Source: Eledone cirrhosa
Taxonomy: Eukaryota
Reading direction: 5' to 3'
DNA: 64,000 nucleotides
NCBI GenBank assembly: GCA_964016885.1
Contig: OZ024741.1
Location: forward strand, 10,106,001 to 10,170,000
The stretch's first letter is position 1. The number at the start of each line of letters is the position of its first letter. Of this stretch, positions 26,701 through 40,530 are shown in pieces. The notes beneath the pieces were generated by a model. It searched no databases. It was given only the letters and a program-made list of their open reading frames with translations, and was not told the DNA's origin. The translations under genes were made by a program, and so were the position numbers.

Positions 26701-27925
26701 CCTTGTAACACAACACAGAAGACATTAAAACACCTTGTAACACAACACAGAAGATATTAACACACCTTGTAACACACAACACAGAAGACATTAACACACC
26801 TTGTAACACGCAACACAGAAGACATTAACACACATTCTAAAACAACACAGAGAACATTAACACACCTTGTAACACAACACAGAGGACATTAACACACCTT
26901 GTAACACAACACAGAGGACCTTAACCGACCTTGTAACACAAGACAGAGGACATTAACAAACCTTGTAACACAACAAAGAGGCCATTAACACACCTTCTAA
27001 CACAACACAGGGGAGATTGACACAACTTGTAACACACAACACAGAAGACATTAACACACCTTGTAACACAACACAGAGGACATTAACACACCCTGTAACA
27101 CAAAACACAGAAGACATTAACACACCTTGTAACACAAAACACAGAATACATTAACACACATTGTAACACACAACAGAGGGGACATTAACATATCTTGTAA
27201 CACAACACAGAAGACATTAACACACCTTGTAACACAACACAGAAGACATTAACACACATTGTAACACAACACAGAAGACATTAACACACCTTGTAACACA
27301 ACACAGAGGGCATTAACACACCTTGTAACACAACACAGAAGACATTAACACACCTTGTAACACGACACAGAAGACATTAACACACCTTGTAACACACAAC
27401 ACAGAAGACATTAACACACCTTGTAACACAACACAGAGGACATTAACACACCTTGTAACACAACACAGAGGGCATTAACACACCTTGTAACACAACACAG
27501 GAGACATTAACACACCTTGTAACACAGAACTCAGAAGACATCAACAAACCTTGTAACACAACACAGAAGCCATTAACACACCTTGTAACACAGAGGACAT
27601 TTACACACCTTGTAACCCACAACACAGAGGACATTAACACACCTTGTAACACAGAACTCAGAAGACATTAACACACCTTTTAACACACAACACAGAAGAC
27701 ATTAACAAACCTTGTAACACAACACAGAAGCCATTAACACACCTTGTTACACAGAACACAGAGGACATTAACACACCTTGTACCACAACACAGAGGACAT
27801 TAACACACCTTGTAACACAAAATACAGAAGCCATTAACACACCTTGTAACACACAACACAGAAGGCATTAACACACCTTGTAACACAACACAGAAGCCAT
27901 TAACACACCTTGTAACACACAACAC
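20733..27925. repeat. 32-bp (32/34) minisatellite array, roughly 220 units
   Basis: Consensus CCTTGTAAC(A/G)CAACACAGA(A/G)GACATTAACACA. Confidence 0.97.
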
Positions 27926-30900
27926 ATGCACTATACACCTACAACACAACACATGTACATACACAACAAACATACACATACATACACAGACACTTACATA
28001 CACATACACATACATACACATACACATACATACAGATACACATACGTACATATATATGTACATTCGTACATACACATACACATACACATAGATACGCATA
28101 CACACACGCACATATATGTACACGTACACATAGATACACATACACACACGTACAACATATACATACACGTACACATAGATACACATACACACGCGTACAA
28201 CATATACATATATATACACATACATACACATACCCACACGCACAACATATACATACACTACACATAGAGACACATACACACACGTACATATACATACACG
28301 TACACATATATACACATACACACACGTACAACATATACATACACATAGATACACATACACACACGTACAACATATACATACACATACACATAGATACACA
28401 TACACACACGTACATATACATACACGTACACATAGATACACATACACACACGTACAACATATACATACACTACACATAGATACACATACACACACGTACA
28501 ACATCTACATACACATACACACACGTACAACATATACATACACGTACACATAGATACACATACACACACGTACAACATATAGATATACGTACACATAGAT
28601 ACACATACACACACGTACAACATATACATACACATACATACACATACACACACGTACAACATCTACATACACATACACACACGTACAACATATACATATA
28701 CGTACAGATAGATACACTTAGACACACGTACACCATATACATACACGTACACATAGATACACATACACACACGTACAACATATACATACACTACACATAC
28801 ATACACATACACACACGTACAACATATACATACACTACACATAGATACACATACACACACGTACATATACATACACACACGTTCAACATATACATACACT
28901 ACACATAGATACACATACACACACGTACATATACATACACACACGTGCAACATATACATACACTACACATAGATACACATACACACACGTACATATACAT
29001 ACACACACGTACAACATATACATACACTACACATAGATACACATACACACACGTACAACATATACATACACACACGTACAACATATACATATACGTAGAC
29101 ATAGATACACATACACACACGTACAACATATACATACACATACATACACATACACACACGTACAACATATACATACACATACATACACATACACACACGT
29201 ACAACATATACATATACGTACACATAGATACACATACACACACGTACAACATATACATACACAACACATAGATACACATACACACACGTACAACATATAC
29301 ATACACTACACATAGATACACATACACACACGTACAACATATACATACACTACACATAGATACACATACACACACACACGTACAACATATACATACACGT
29401 ATACATAGATACACATACACACACGTACAACATATAGATATACGTACACATAGATACACATACACACACGTACAACATATACATACACATACATACACAT
29501 ACACACACGTACAACATCTACATACACATACACACACGTACAACATATACATATACGTACAGATAGATACACTTAGACACACGTACAACATATACATACA
29601 CGTACACATAGATACACATACACACACGTACAACATATACATACACTACACATACATACACATACACACACGTACAACATATACATACACTACACATAGA
29701 TACACATACACACACGTACATATACATACACACACGTTCAACATATACATACACTACACATAGATACACATACACACACGTACATATACATACACACACG
29801 TGCAACATATACATACACTACACATAGATACACATACACACACGTACATATACATACACACACGTACAACATATACATACACTACACATAGATACACATA
29901 CACACACGTACAACATATACATATACGTACACATAGATACACATACACACACGTACAACATATACATACACTACACATAGATACACATCCACACACGTAC
30001 AACATATACATACACTACACATAGATACACATACACACACACACGTACAACATATACATACACGTATACATAGATACACATACACACACGTACAACATAT
30101 ACATACACATACATACACATACACACACGTACAACATATACATACACGTACACATAGATACACATCCACACACGTACAACATATACATACACTACACATA
30201 GATACACACACATACACACACGTACAACATATACATACACGTATACATAGATACACATACACACACGTACAACATATACATACACATACATACACACACG
30301 TACAACATATACATACACATACATACACACACGTACAACATATACATACACATACACATACATACACATACCCACACGCACAACATATACATATACGTAC
30401 AGATAGATACACATACACACACGTACAACATATACATACACTACACATAGATACACATACACACACATACAACATATACATACATATACATACACACACG
30501 TACAACATATACATATACGTACACATACATACACATACACACACGTACAACATATACATACACATACATACACATACACACACGTACAACATATACATAC
30601 ACGTACACATAGATACACTTACACACACGTACAACATATACATACACATACACATAGATACACATACACACACATACATATACATACACGTACACATACA
30701 TACACATACACACACGTACAACATATACATACACGTACATACACATACGTACAACATATACATACACATACATACACATACACACACGTACAACATATAT
30801 ATACACGTACACATAGATACACATACACACACGTACAACATATACATACACATACATACACATACACACACGTACAACATATACATACACAACACATAGA

Positions 30901-32120
30901 TACACATACACACACGTACAACATATACATACACATACATACACACACGTACAACATATACATACACGTATACATAGATACACATACACACACGTACAAC
31001 ATATACATACACATACATACACACACGTACAACATATACATACACTACACATAGATACACATACACACACGTACAACATATACATACACGTATACATAGA
31101 TACACATACACACACGTACAACATATACATACACATACATACACACACGTACAACATATACATACACGTATACATAGATACACATACACACACGTACAAC
31201 ATATACATACACATACATACACACACGTACAACATATACATACACTACACATAGATACACATACACACACGTACATATACATACACACACGTACAACATA
31301 TACATACACTACACATAGATACACATACACACACGTACATATACATACACACACGTACAACATATACATACACTACACATAGATACACATACACACACGA
31401 TATACACATACACACACGTACAACATATACATACACTACACATAGATACATATACACACACGTACGACATACACATACACTACACATAGATACATATACA
31501 CACACGTACGACATATACATATACACACGTACAACATATACACACACTACACATAGATACATATACACACACGTACGACATACACATACACTACACATAG
31601 ATACATATACACACACGTACGACATATACATATACACACGTACAACATATACACACACTACACATAGATACATATACACACACGTACGACATACACATAC
31701 ACTACACATAGATACACATACACACACGATATACACATACACACACGTACAACATATACATACACTACACATAGATACATATACACACACGTACGACATA
31801 CACATACACTACACATAGATACATATACACACACGTACGACATATACATATACACACGTACAACATATACACACACTACACATAGATACATATACACACA
31901 CGTACGACATACACATACACTACACATAGATACATATACACACACGTACGACATACACATACACTACACATAGATACATATACACACACGTACGACATAT
32001 ACATATACACACGTACAACATATACACACACTACACATAGATACATATACACACACGTACGACATACACATACACTACACATAGATACATATACACACGT
32101 ACAACATATACACACACACA
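27926..32120. repeat. CA/TA-derived complex minisatellite (~26-44-bp variant units)
   Basis: Commonest unit CACACACGTACAACATATACATACACTACACATAGATACACATA. Confidence 0.95.
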
Positions 32121-32230
32121 TGAGCAGAAGGTCTCCGATTGTTTAATGAAATGTGAGAATGATTCGGACGAATGCGAGAGCAAGTAATGGAAGAGACTGA
32201 GAGATGAGATGTCGTTTGTTGTGAGGTGGA

Positions 32231-32622
32231 ACACAACACACACACACACACACACACACAATACACATACACATACACAATACACACACACACACACACA
32301 CAATACACATACACATACACACACACAATACACACACACACACACGCACAATACACATACACACACACACAATACACACACACACACACACACAATACAC
32401 ATACACACACACACACACACACATACACACACACAATACACACACACACATTCAGACACACACATACATACACACACACACACACACACAATACACATAC
32501 ACACACAAACAATACACACACACATACACTCACACACAAACACACACACACATACACACATACACACACACATTCACACATACACACACACATACATATA
32601 TTATATGTATATATATATATAT
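32231..32622. repeat. Degenerate (CA)n with AATAC interruptions
   Basis: Direct reading. Confidence 0.92.
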
Positions 32623-32718
32623 CTAGACATAACAAATCTTCCTTTTCATGTTATTATTAGGTAGCTAGACAGGTCAGTATATATGGATTACTCTCTCTCT
32701 CTATATATATATGTATAT

Positions 32719-32907
32719 AATTGTTTCTACTTTTGGCACAAGGCCAGCAATTACCCCAGTGTATTACTGGTACTTTATTTTATCTACCCCGTAAGGATGA
32801 AAGGCAAAGTTAACCTCGGCAGGAATTGAACTCAGACTGTAAAGGGCCGTAACTATGCTGGAAAGCATGGCGTCCAACCTTCTACCGATACTGCCAATCC
32901 ACCGCCC
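32719..32907 (-). mobile_element. Full-length Meta-like SINE
   Basis: Reverse complement of 3332-3520. Confidence 0.88.
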
Positions 32908-32945
32908 TAAGTATAATAATAATATAATAATATAATAATAATAAT

Positions 32946-33250
32946 GATTTCTTTATTGGCCACAATGGCTGACATCAAGAAAAACATCACAGACAGAACA
33001 GGACGGTACGATGTGGGTTTTGTGCGTGTAAATATTTTTATTATTTATATAAGAAAAGAAAAAAAGACATAAAACATATATATATAAACAATAAAATGAA
33101 AATTGAAACAGTGAAAAATTCCCCAATAGGGCGGAAACCTCCGAGGGTTACTCGTGGCGAAAACCACACAAAAGACCACGGCCACCCTGACAACCAGGGC
33201 AAGCGCCCTCTCTCAATTTTTCCATCTCTCAAACTACAGACGTATATTCA
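32946..33250 (-). mobile_element. Short 3' fragment of another Tx1 subfamily (copy B) with (ATT)-like tail
   Basis: rc ends CCATTGTGGCCAATAAAGAAATC-ATTATT; homologous to the 3' UTR of copies C-E. Confidence 0.8.
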
Positions 33251-33509
33251 GAATAATAATAATGCTTTCTTTATTAACCACAAGGGTTTACATAAAGTAG
33301 ACATTAAGGACAGTACATTACAATAGAAGACGGTACAAATGGGCATTTCTGCGTGTAAAAAAACCAGAGGATGTAATAAAAATAACAATGAAAAATTCCC
33401 CAATAGGGGGGGAGACTTCCGAAGGACATTTGTGGAGAAAGCCCATTAAAAGGCCACAGTGACTCCGACCACCAGGGCAAGTGCCCTCTCCCAGTTTTCC
33501 ACCTTTAAT

Positions 33510-36500
33510 TTAAAGACACATGCTAAGAGTAGGCCCATTCACTCGGGCCATACTTGCTTCTCTCACCCATCTTTCAACAAAATGCTAGGAAGAGAGCACT
33601 TCCCTCTCTACCCTGATTATTCCTTTTCAAATGAAATTTGAAAAGGTTAATCAAGGCATCACCGAAGAGGTAAGTGCTCGTCTTCAGCCCTTTCAAACGT
33701 GTCCACCATACTATCTATTTCACCATGGCCACCAGACAGATAAAAACTGCCTGCCCTTCCCGGCTAAACAAGAGGGCGGGGCAATCCTCACGATGGACTC
33801 AGCTGATAGCTGGATCCGTCCTACACGTGACAACAGGTGTTCGACATAAACCCACAAGTCAGCAATGCTTGGACACTGGACGAGTGCGTGCAGGACGGTT
33901 TCGTCACCCTGCGCGCATCTCGGACATGCCCGGCTGACGGCACCTCAATGCCTGTAGAGTTTATCCCGAACTGGAGAAGCTCCTCGGTAGCACTGCCAGG
34001 CCTGGGATTTCTGGAAGTTGGCCATAGGCCCCGGCTCGAAAGTCGTTCCGAAGAGATTGGCTAGTTGATTTTCGTCGATACCTAGAGTTTCTCCAAGTAC
34101 GTTGTCGCTCTTCCCCTCCACTAATCCTCTATAGAACACCAAGGTGGAGTTTCCACCGATCACATTGCCTGATTGGTCGAGGGCTGTGAGCGCCTGAAGA
34201 CATTCCAGTCTCCAAGCGCTCCCTCTCGGTCTTCGCTTGACCCAGGACTGCAGCTCCGTCAAGGAGACGAGCAGGGAAAGACGTGTCTAGCAAACGCCGA
34301 CCACACCTGATCACAGTCGAGGAAGAGGTGGAGATGTCGTAGCCTGAGCGCGTGTCTGCGCATCATCAGCCACGGCATGCCCAGCCCTCCACGTAGCGGG
34401 TGTTGACAGCAGATGGACCGCCTGACCATCGGAGCACATCCCTTCCACAAAAAGCGAAAGAGCAAACGCTCCAGCGCAGTCAGGCGGGGCTTAGAACAAG
34501 GTACGACGGTCAGGCGGTAGTAGATGACAGACGCGATGTACGCGTTGGCCACCTCCGCTCGACCTTTCAGGGATAGCTTCCTCTCCGCCTATTTCTGGGT
34601 GAGAGAAGCCACCCTGCTCGTCACCTTGTCCCAGTTTTTGTCCGTCTGGAGGTCCGGACCGAACCAGACCCCTAGCAATTTAACCGGTCCATCCGTCCAG
34701 CGCCCGACGATGCTGTTGGACGGCATGGACCTGCCTCTCCAGGTGCCGAGCTGCAGGCCCACTGACTTTTCCTCGTTGATCATTGCTCCTGTCACCGCTT
34801 CGTATTCTCTTAGTGTAGTGCGATCGCCTCGATGTGTTTGGCGTTCGACACCACTACGGTGACATCGTCCGCATATTTTGACACGGATCTTCCGCATCCT
34901 AGTTCGCGCGGTACCCCCTCAACGTCTCCAGTTTGTGCAGTAATGGCTCGAGAGTCAATACGTACAAGAGGGACGAGAGGGGACATCCTTGGCGGACCGA
35001 GAGCATGATGTTGAACGGTTCCGAAACGTCACCGTTCACTCTCACCATAGAGCAGATGTCGCTGTGCATGGCAGCGATCCAGCCTCTGAAGACGGGCCCA
35101 AATCCAGCCGCCCTCAGGACTGCCGCTAGGTAACGATGGTCGACACTATCGAAAGCTTTCGACTGATCTAAATTGATCAAGGACCCACCCGTGCCAGGTT
35201 CCCTAGCTACACTCTCTACAATGTATCGCATGAGGTGGAGGTTGTCGTGGATGGATCTGTCGGGAATGGCGCACGTCTGCGCCTCTCCCACCAGACCACC
35301 AACGACAAGCGCCAACCTCTTTGCTAGCACCTTGGCCAAAATCTTGAACGCTGTGTTTAGCAGAGTTATGGGCCGGAAATTATCTATGTTATCCCCCTGG
35401 TTCGGATCCTTTCTCAGCAGCGCCACAGCTCCTCGGCTCACAGAGCTGGGAATTCTCCCGTTCTGTTGCCAGTTGCAGTAGACGTCCGCCAAGAGGCCTC
35501 CGAACAAGTCTGGCATCTGTACGTAAAGTTCATAGGGCAGACCATCCAAACCAGGCGATTTACCCCTTGTGCAGCCAGTCATTCCCTCCAGTACTTCAGC
35601 GGCTGTTATCGGCTTTTCGAAACACTCCGCCTCAGTGGCCGAGAGCCGCGGCAGTTCGTCGAGGTAGACATTAAAGTCCATCCCTCGACCCGGCCCACCG
35701 CTTCCCCCGAACAGCTGTGCGAAGGGTCGCTAAAAAGCTTCACACATTTTCCCGAGATCGAGTAGCATGCGCCAGTCGTGGTCCACCAAAGACCGGATCG
35801 TGGCTTTGTTTCCACGACGCGCCTCCGCCACTCAGGCCCATTGAACGGCTTTCGTCCCCTCGTGTCTGAGAGCACGCACGCTAGCTCTGACAACGCAGCC
35901 TTCGTGCTTTGCATTGAAGAATTGGTCAAGGGCCAATTTCGCCGCAAGCACGTCGATCGCAATGCCTTTGCTAAGCGCCTGGTCTAATTTTCTAACTAGT
36001 TCTCCCTCTGCTCTATTTTTCTCTATTGCTAAAGCCTTACTAAACCTAATGGACTCTATTCTAATTGCTCTTTTCAGAGCAAACCACCACTTGTTGTTGA
36101 CGATGGCCCCCGTCAACGCCCGCTTAACTAGTTTGCTAATCCGGTCTCTGTAGGCCTTGCGCGCTGGTAAGGACGCGTTTAGCTTCCAGTAGCCGGGACC
36201 TCGTCTATGAAGCCTATCTAAGTCAAGCACACAGATCACGAATTTGTGGTCCGTGTAGCTGACTATCTTGAATTGTGGACAGCCTATGCTAGACCTATCT
36301 ATTTCCCTACAAAATACTCTATCTAGATATGATCTGGATGACCCTATACGATTTGTCCAAGTCCACATTGGCACATTCGGGAAATCCAATCGGTACCTGT
36401 CAGACAGTTCAAAACGCCTGAGCAGGTTGGTGATGCTCTTGCAGCATCCTCCCCTATCCGCTAATCCCACATAGTCCCAGCGTGGATCTAAAATCCCGTT

Positions 36501-36926
36501 CCAGTCGCCCACTAACACTAAAGAGCGGGACGTTCCAAGAAAGGTCTCCAGACGCCGGAAGAAATCAGGCCGCCCTGCTCCTGTCGGGGCATAGACGGCC
36601 ACTAGCCTGAAAGCTTGCCCGTCTCCGCTGGTCATGTCCAGCACCACCAACTTACCTTCTGGGTCCAGGAAGATGGCCCGTATGGCGAGATCCAAACCTC
36701 TCCGAAAAAGCACAGCAACTCCTCCCCCCGATTCCGGACGGCTGGGAGATGCGTACACATCGTAGCCGCCGAAGATCGGTGCGAAGGCCCGTGCTTCGGA
36801 GATTCTGGTCTCGCTGATGGCCACTACATCTATGTTTAGTGACCTGAGGTCGTTGAGCAGGTGGCCCTGCTTCCATGACGACCCCAAGCCACGCGCATTT
36901 ATGCTGCCTATTCTGAGTGAGGTCGT
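33510..36926 (-). pseudogene. Tx1 ORF2 (APE-RT-CCHC), disrupted; start ATG>ACG
   Basis: Fragments nearly identical to 50515-53934; several stops and frameshifts. Confidence 0.93.
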
Positions 36927-36960
36927 GTTGAAATGGAGTGGATAAGATGGGAAAGACCAC

Positions 36961-38883
36961 TTACTTTACTTCTCGTAGAGGAAGGACGGTTTCTCCATCC
37001 TTTTCACTGCTTGTGGCCTCCTCAGGAAGGATGTCTTTATAAATCCTCATGGAGAGTGCTTGTCGGAAGTCTCCGATGTCTTTAGGGAATTTTTGTTTTA
37101 GTGTCATGTACGTTTTCTGTGTGATGCGAGTGATTTGTATGTGTGGATGTGGTGTGAACTTTTGGGTTGTTGTGTAGTCTTTTTCTGTGATGCTGGTGTT
37201 GTGTTGGATGTAGTCTAATAATTGGTTGTTGTTCAAATTTAATGCTGTGTAGTGTGTATCGTTTTGGTTGTTTTGTTTTGTTTGTGTTTGTTGTTGGTTT
37301 ATTTCTGCTTCGCTTTTTGGTGACTTTTGTGGTGTAGGTGATGGTGGTGTCGGGGTTAATGATGGTGATGGTGTTGGTGTTTGGGGTGATGGGGTTGGTG
37401 ATGCTGGTGTGGATGGTGGCATATATGTCCTAACTTTTTTGTTTAATAGTTTATTTGTTTCCTTCTGTATTTTGTTTTTGGAGGGGGAAGGAAGAGAATT
37501 TTTTCTTTTTTGGTTTCTTTTTTTCTTTTTTCCTGATACCGTTTCCCACTCCTCGTCGTCACAATCTGTCTCCAGTTGTGATAGGCCGTTGAGTGGAAAA
37601 TCCTCCACAGGCGTTAGTTTTGGTTGTGGCGTGGTGGATGGTGTAGGCGCTGGTGCTAGTTCTGGCGCGTTGGGTGGTGGTGGTGTTGGTTTTGCTACTG
37701 TTGCTGGGGTTGTTGCTGCTACAGTTGTTGCTGCCATTTCTGCTGCTAGTGGTGTTGATGGTTGAGTCACTGGGGTGGGTAGGAGAGGTGGCCTCAACCT
37801 TTTAGCCTGAGGGCAAAAAGCCCTTAGGTGGGTTCCTTCACCACAAACGACGCACCTAGACCTTCTGCCCTCGACGATTACGGTGAGGTGGCTGCCGTCA
37901 GTGAGGTCTATTGCCTCTGGGATCTCCTCAATGCTTTTTTAGTCCGCTTGGATCAGGAGCTCCATCCCAGATCCGGACCAGTTCTCCTGCTTTTCTTTCG
38001 CTATTTCGATTATCTTGGTGTTGGCTTCGATGCCGGCGAGGACGGCAGCTATTAGCCAGGGAATTTCGATGGCCGGTGGAACGTGGGTGACCATGATCTT
38101 TACGAGTCTCTGGCCACAATAGCTTGGGACGAGTGTGAAGTCGTCACTTCTTAATGGGGCCATGGAGTGTTCTCTAGCCTCCTCTGGTGTTTCAAAGAAC
38201 ACCTCCACGGTTCCATACTTCTGCACACGTCTGATGTGGGTTTTTTTTGCCCACACATGTCCCAAAGCTTTTGGGATTTGGGACTCGGATGCCCGTTCCA
38301 CTCGGCGCGATTTTATATTAATTGTTCGATAAGACACGGTGCATAGGCGCCGATGCTCCATTTTATTTGAGGGGGGGGGGTGAGGCTGACCCTGTACCCA
38401 TCTTTCTTTACCATTTTTTTAGCTTCTTCTAATTCCTCCTGAGTTACCTGAAATGCACTGTTTTGCTACTCTGGCAAAACTCAGGGTGGTTTTCTTAATG
38501 TCATTGTTGCTGTTGTTGTTGTTATCGTTATTTTTGTTATTATTAATTTTAGTTTCAGTTGTGGTGGTGGTGGCGTCAGTGGTGTTCGGTGTGGAAGAGT
38601 TCATTTTGGTTGAATTCATTTCGATATCACGAGTTAATTTATTTTTTTCTTTTGTTTCTGTTGTCACGGTGGTGTTGGGGATGGTGGTTGTCGCAGTGGT
38701 GGTGGTGGCGGCTTTAACACCTGCAGTCATTGGTAATGGCGGGAAATGTATGTCTGCCTGAGACAAATTAAAAATATTGCGACTGCTTATATTTTTAGTG
38801 TTGGCAAACGTAGTAATATTTACAATGGTGGTGTCGGTGTGAGGTGTTAGTTTGTGAGAAAGGAGTGACTCTGAGTCAGCCAT
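36961..38883 (-). pseudogene. Tx1 ORF1 (zinc-knuckle gag-like), frameshifted, divergent type
   Basis: CTVSYRT..KSRRVERA, LVPSYCGQ, knuckle near 37810-37855, Pro/Thr-rich tail. Confidence 0.85.
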
Positions 38884-39095
38884 GATGTTTCAAAAAAAAC
38901 TTTTGTTTGATAATTATAAAAGTTTAAATTTTGGGCTCAAGGCCCCAATCTTTTTGGGTGTCCTTTTCAGATAACAATGTATGTGCACTGATATACAGTT
39001 AACAATAAAATTTTCCATGAATGGCAATTTTGAACAATTGAAAATAACAAACCTTTGCGGAGCTCACGATGATACGATTTACTACGTAGGTCGCC

Positions 39096-39144
<49 letters not shown>

Positions 39145-39146
<2 letters not shown>

Positions 39147-39670
39147 GTGCAAAGTAAACAATCTACCACATTCTGAGAAATGGTATGAGCATAGGCCAGA
39201 GGCGGTGATGGAGAACAGTCAGGTGAAGGTGCTGTGGGATTTTAGGATACAGACGGACAAAAAACTGGAACACAATAGACCTGACCTGGTGGTTGTGGAC
39301 AAAGAAAAAAGATCGTGCCTGATTGTGGATGTGGCCTGCCCGTTCGACACGAGAGTGCAAGAGAAGGAGAGGGAGAAAATTAACCGATACCAGGACCTAA
39401 AGTGGGAGGTGAAAAGGATTTGGAACTGCCATGAAGTCAAAGTGATCCCGATTGTCATAGGCGCACTGGGGACTATCTCCAAAGGTTTCCAGGGATGGTT
39501 AAAGAAAATCGGCCCCTTCACGCTTTTTGGAACGCTTCAAAAGGCATGCTTGCTTGGAACAGCAAGAACCCTCCGATACGTCCTGAATATCTGAGGCTGC
39601 AGGTAGTGGCTTGATATTCAATCCAACGGACTTTCCAGTTAACCAACATCAATGACTGAGATTCAAGGAA
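39145..39670 (+). mobile_element. R4/Dong-clade non-LTR element, 3' fragment (restriction-like endonuclease), (AAT)n tail
   Basis: WYEHRPE..VLWDFRIQTD..NRPDLVVVD..IVDVACP..K..RYQDL..IPIVIGALG..LQKACLLGTARTLR. Confidence 0.92.
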
Positions 39671-39680
39671 TAACAATAAC

Positions 39681-39741
<61 letters not shown>

Positions 39742-39744
<3 letters not shown>

Positions 39745-39962
39745 GGCGCACTGAGGACTATCTCCAAAAGTTTCCAGGGATGGTTAAAGAAAATCGGCCC
39801 CTTCACGCTTTTTGGAACGCTTCAAAAGGCATGCTTGCTTGGAACAGCAAGAACCCTCCGATACGTCCTGAATATCTGAGGCTGCAGGTAGTGGCTTGAT
39901 ATTCATTCCAACGGACTTTCCAGTTAACCAACATCAATGACTGAGATTCAAGGAATAACAAC

Positions 39963-40053
<91 letters not shown>

Positions 40054-40295
40054 GGCGCACTGAGGACTATCTCCAAAAGTTTCCAGGGATGGTTAAAGAA
40101 AATCGGCCCCTTCACGCTTTTTGGAACGCTTCAAAAGGCATGCTTGCTTGGAACAGCAAGAACCCTCCGATACGTCCTGAATATCTGAGGCTGCAGGTAG
40201 TGGCTTGATATTCATTCCAACGGACTTTCCAGTTAACCAACATCAATGACTGAGATTCAAGGAATAACAACAATAATAATAATAATAATAATAAT
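39742..40295 (+). repeat. Two extra tandem copies of the last ~210 bp of the Dong element, each with an (AAT)n tail
   Basis: 39742-39952 and 40051-40262 match 39458-39668. Confidence 0.93.
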
Positions 40296-40362
40296 ATTAA
40301 TAATGCTTTCTTTATTAACCTACATGTCGGACCTTGTGGCTAATAAATGAAATCATTATTAT

Positions 40363-40530
40363 TATGCTTTCCAGCATAGTTACGTCCCTTTACGATCCGA
40401 GTTCAAATCCCGCCGAGGTTGACTTTGCCTTTCATCCTTACGGGGTCGATAAAATAAAGTACCAGTAATGCACTGGATAATTGCTGGCCTTGTGCCTAAC
40501 GTAGAAACAATTATTATTATTATTATTATT
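40363..40530 (+). mobile_element. 5'-truncated Meta-like SINE with (ATT)n tail
   Basis: Matches 3370-3520. Confidence 0.88.

Larger units (their letters stand above)
33264..39095 (-). mobile_element. Full-length Tx1-clade LINE (copy C), decayed, between (AAT)n tracts
   Basis: 5' UTR, ORF1, ORF2 and 3' UTR ending AATAAAGAAAGC-(ATT)4. Confidence 0.95.

Noticed and set aside
20733-27925. CRISPR-like array of ~32-bp repeats
   Set aside because: No unique spacers, no cas genes, eukaryotic context; it is a head-to-tail minisatellite.
27800-32664. Long Cys/Val/Tyr- or His/Thr-rich ORFs (up to 495 aa)
   Set aside because: By-products of CA/TA repeats that lack stop codons.
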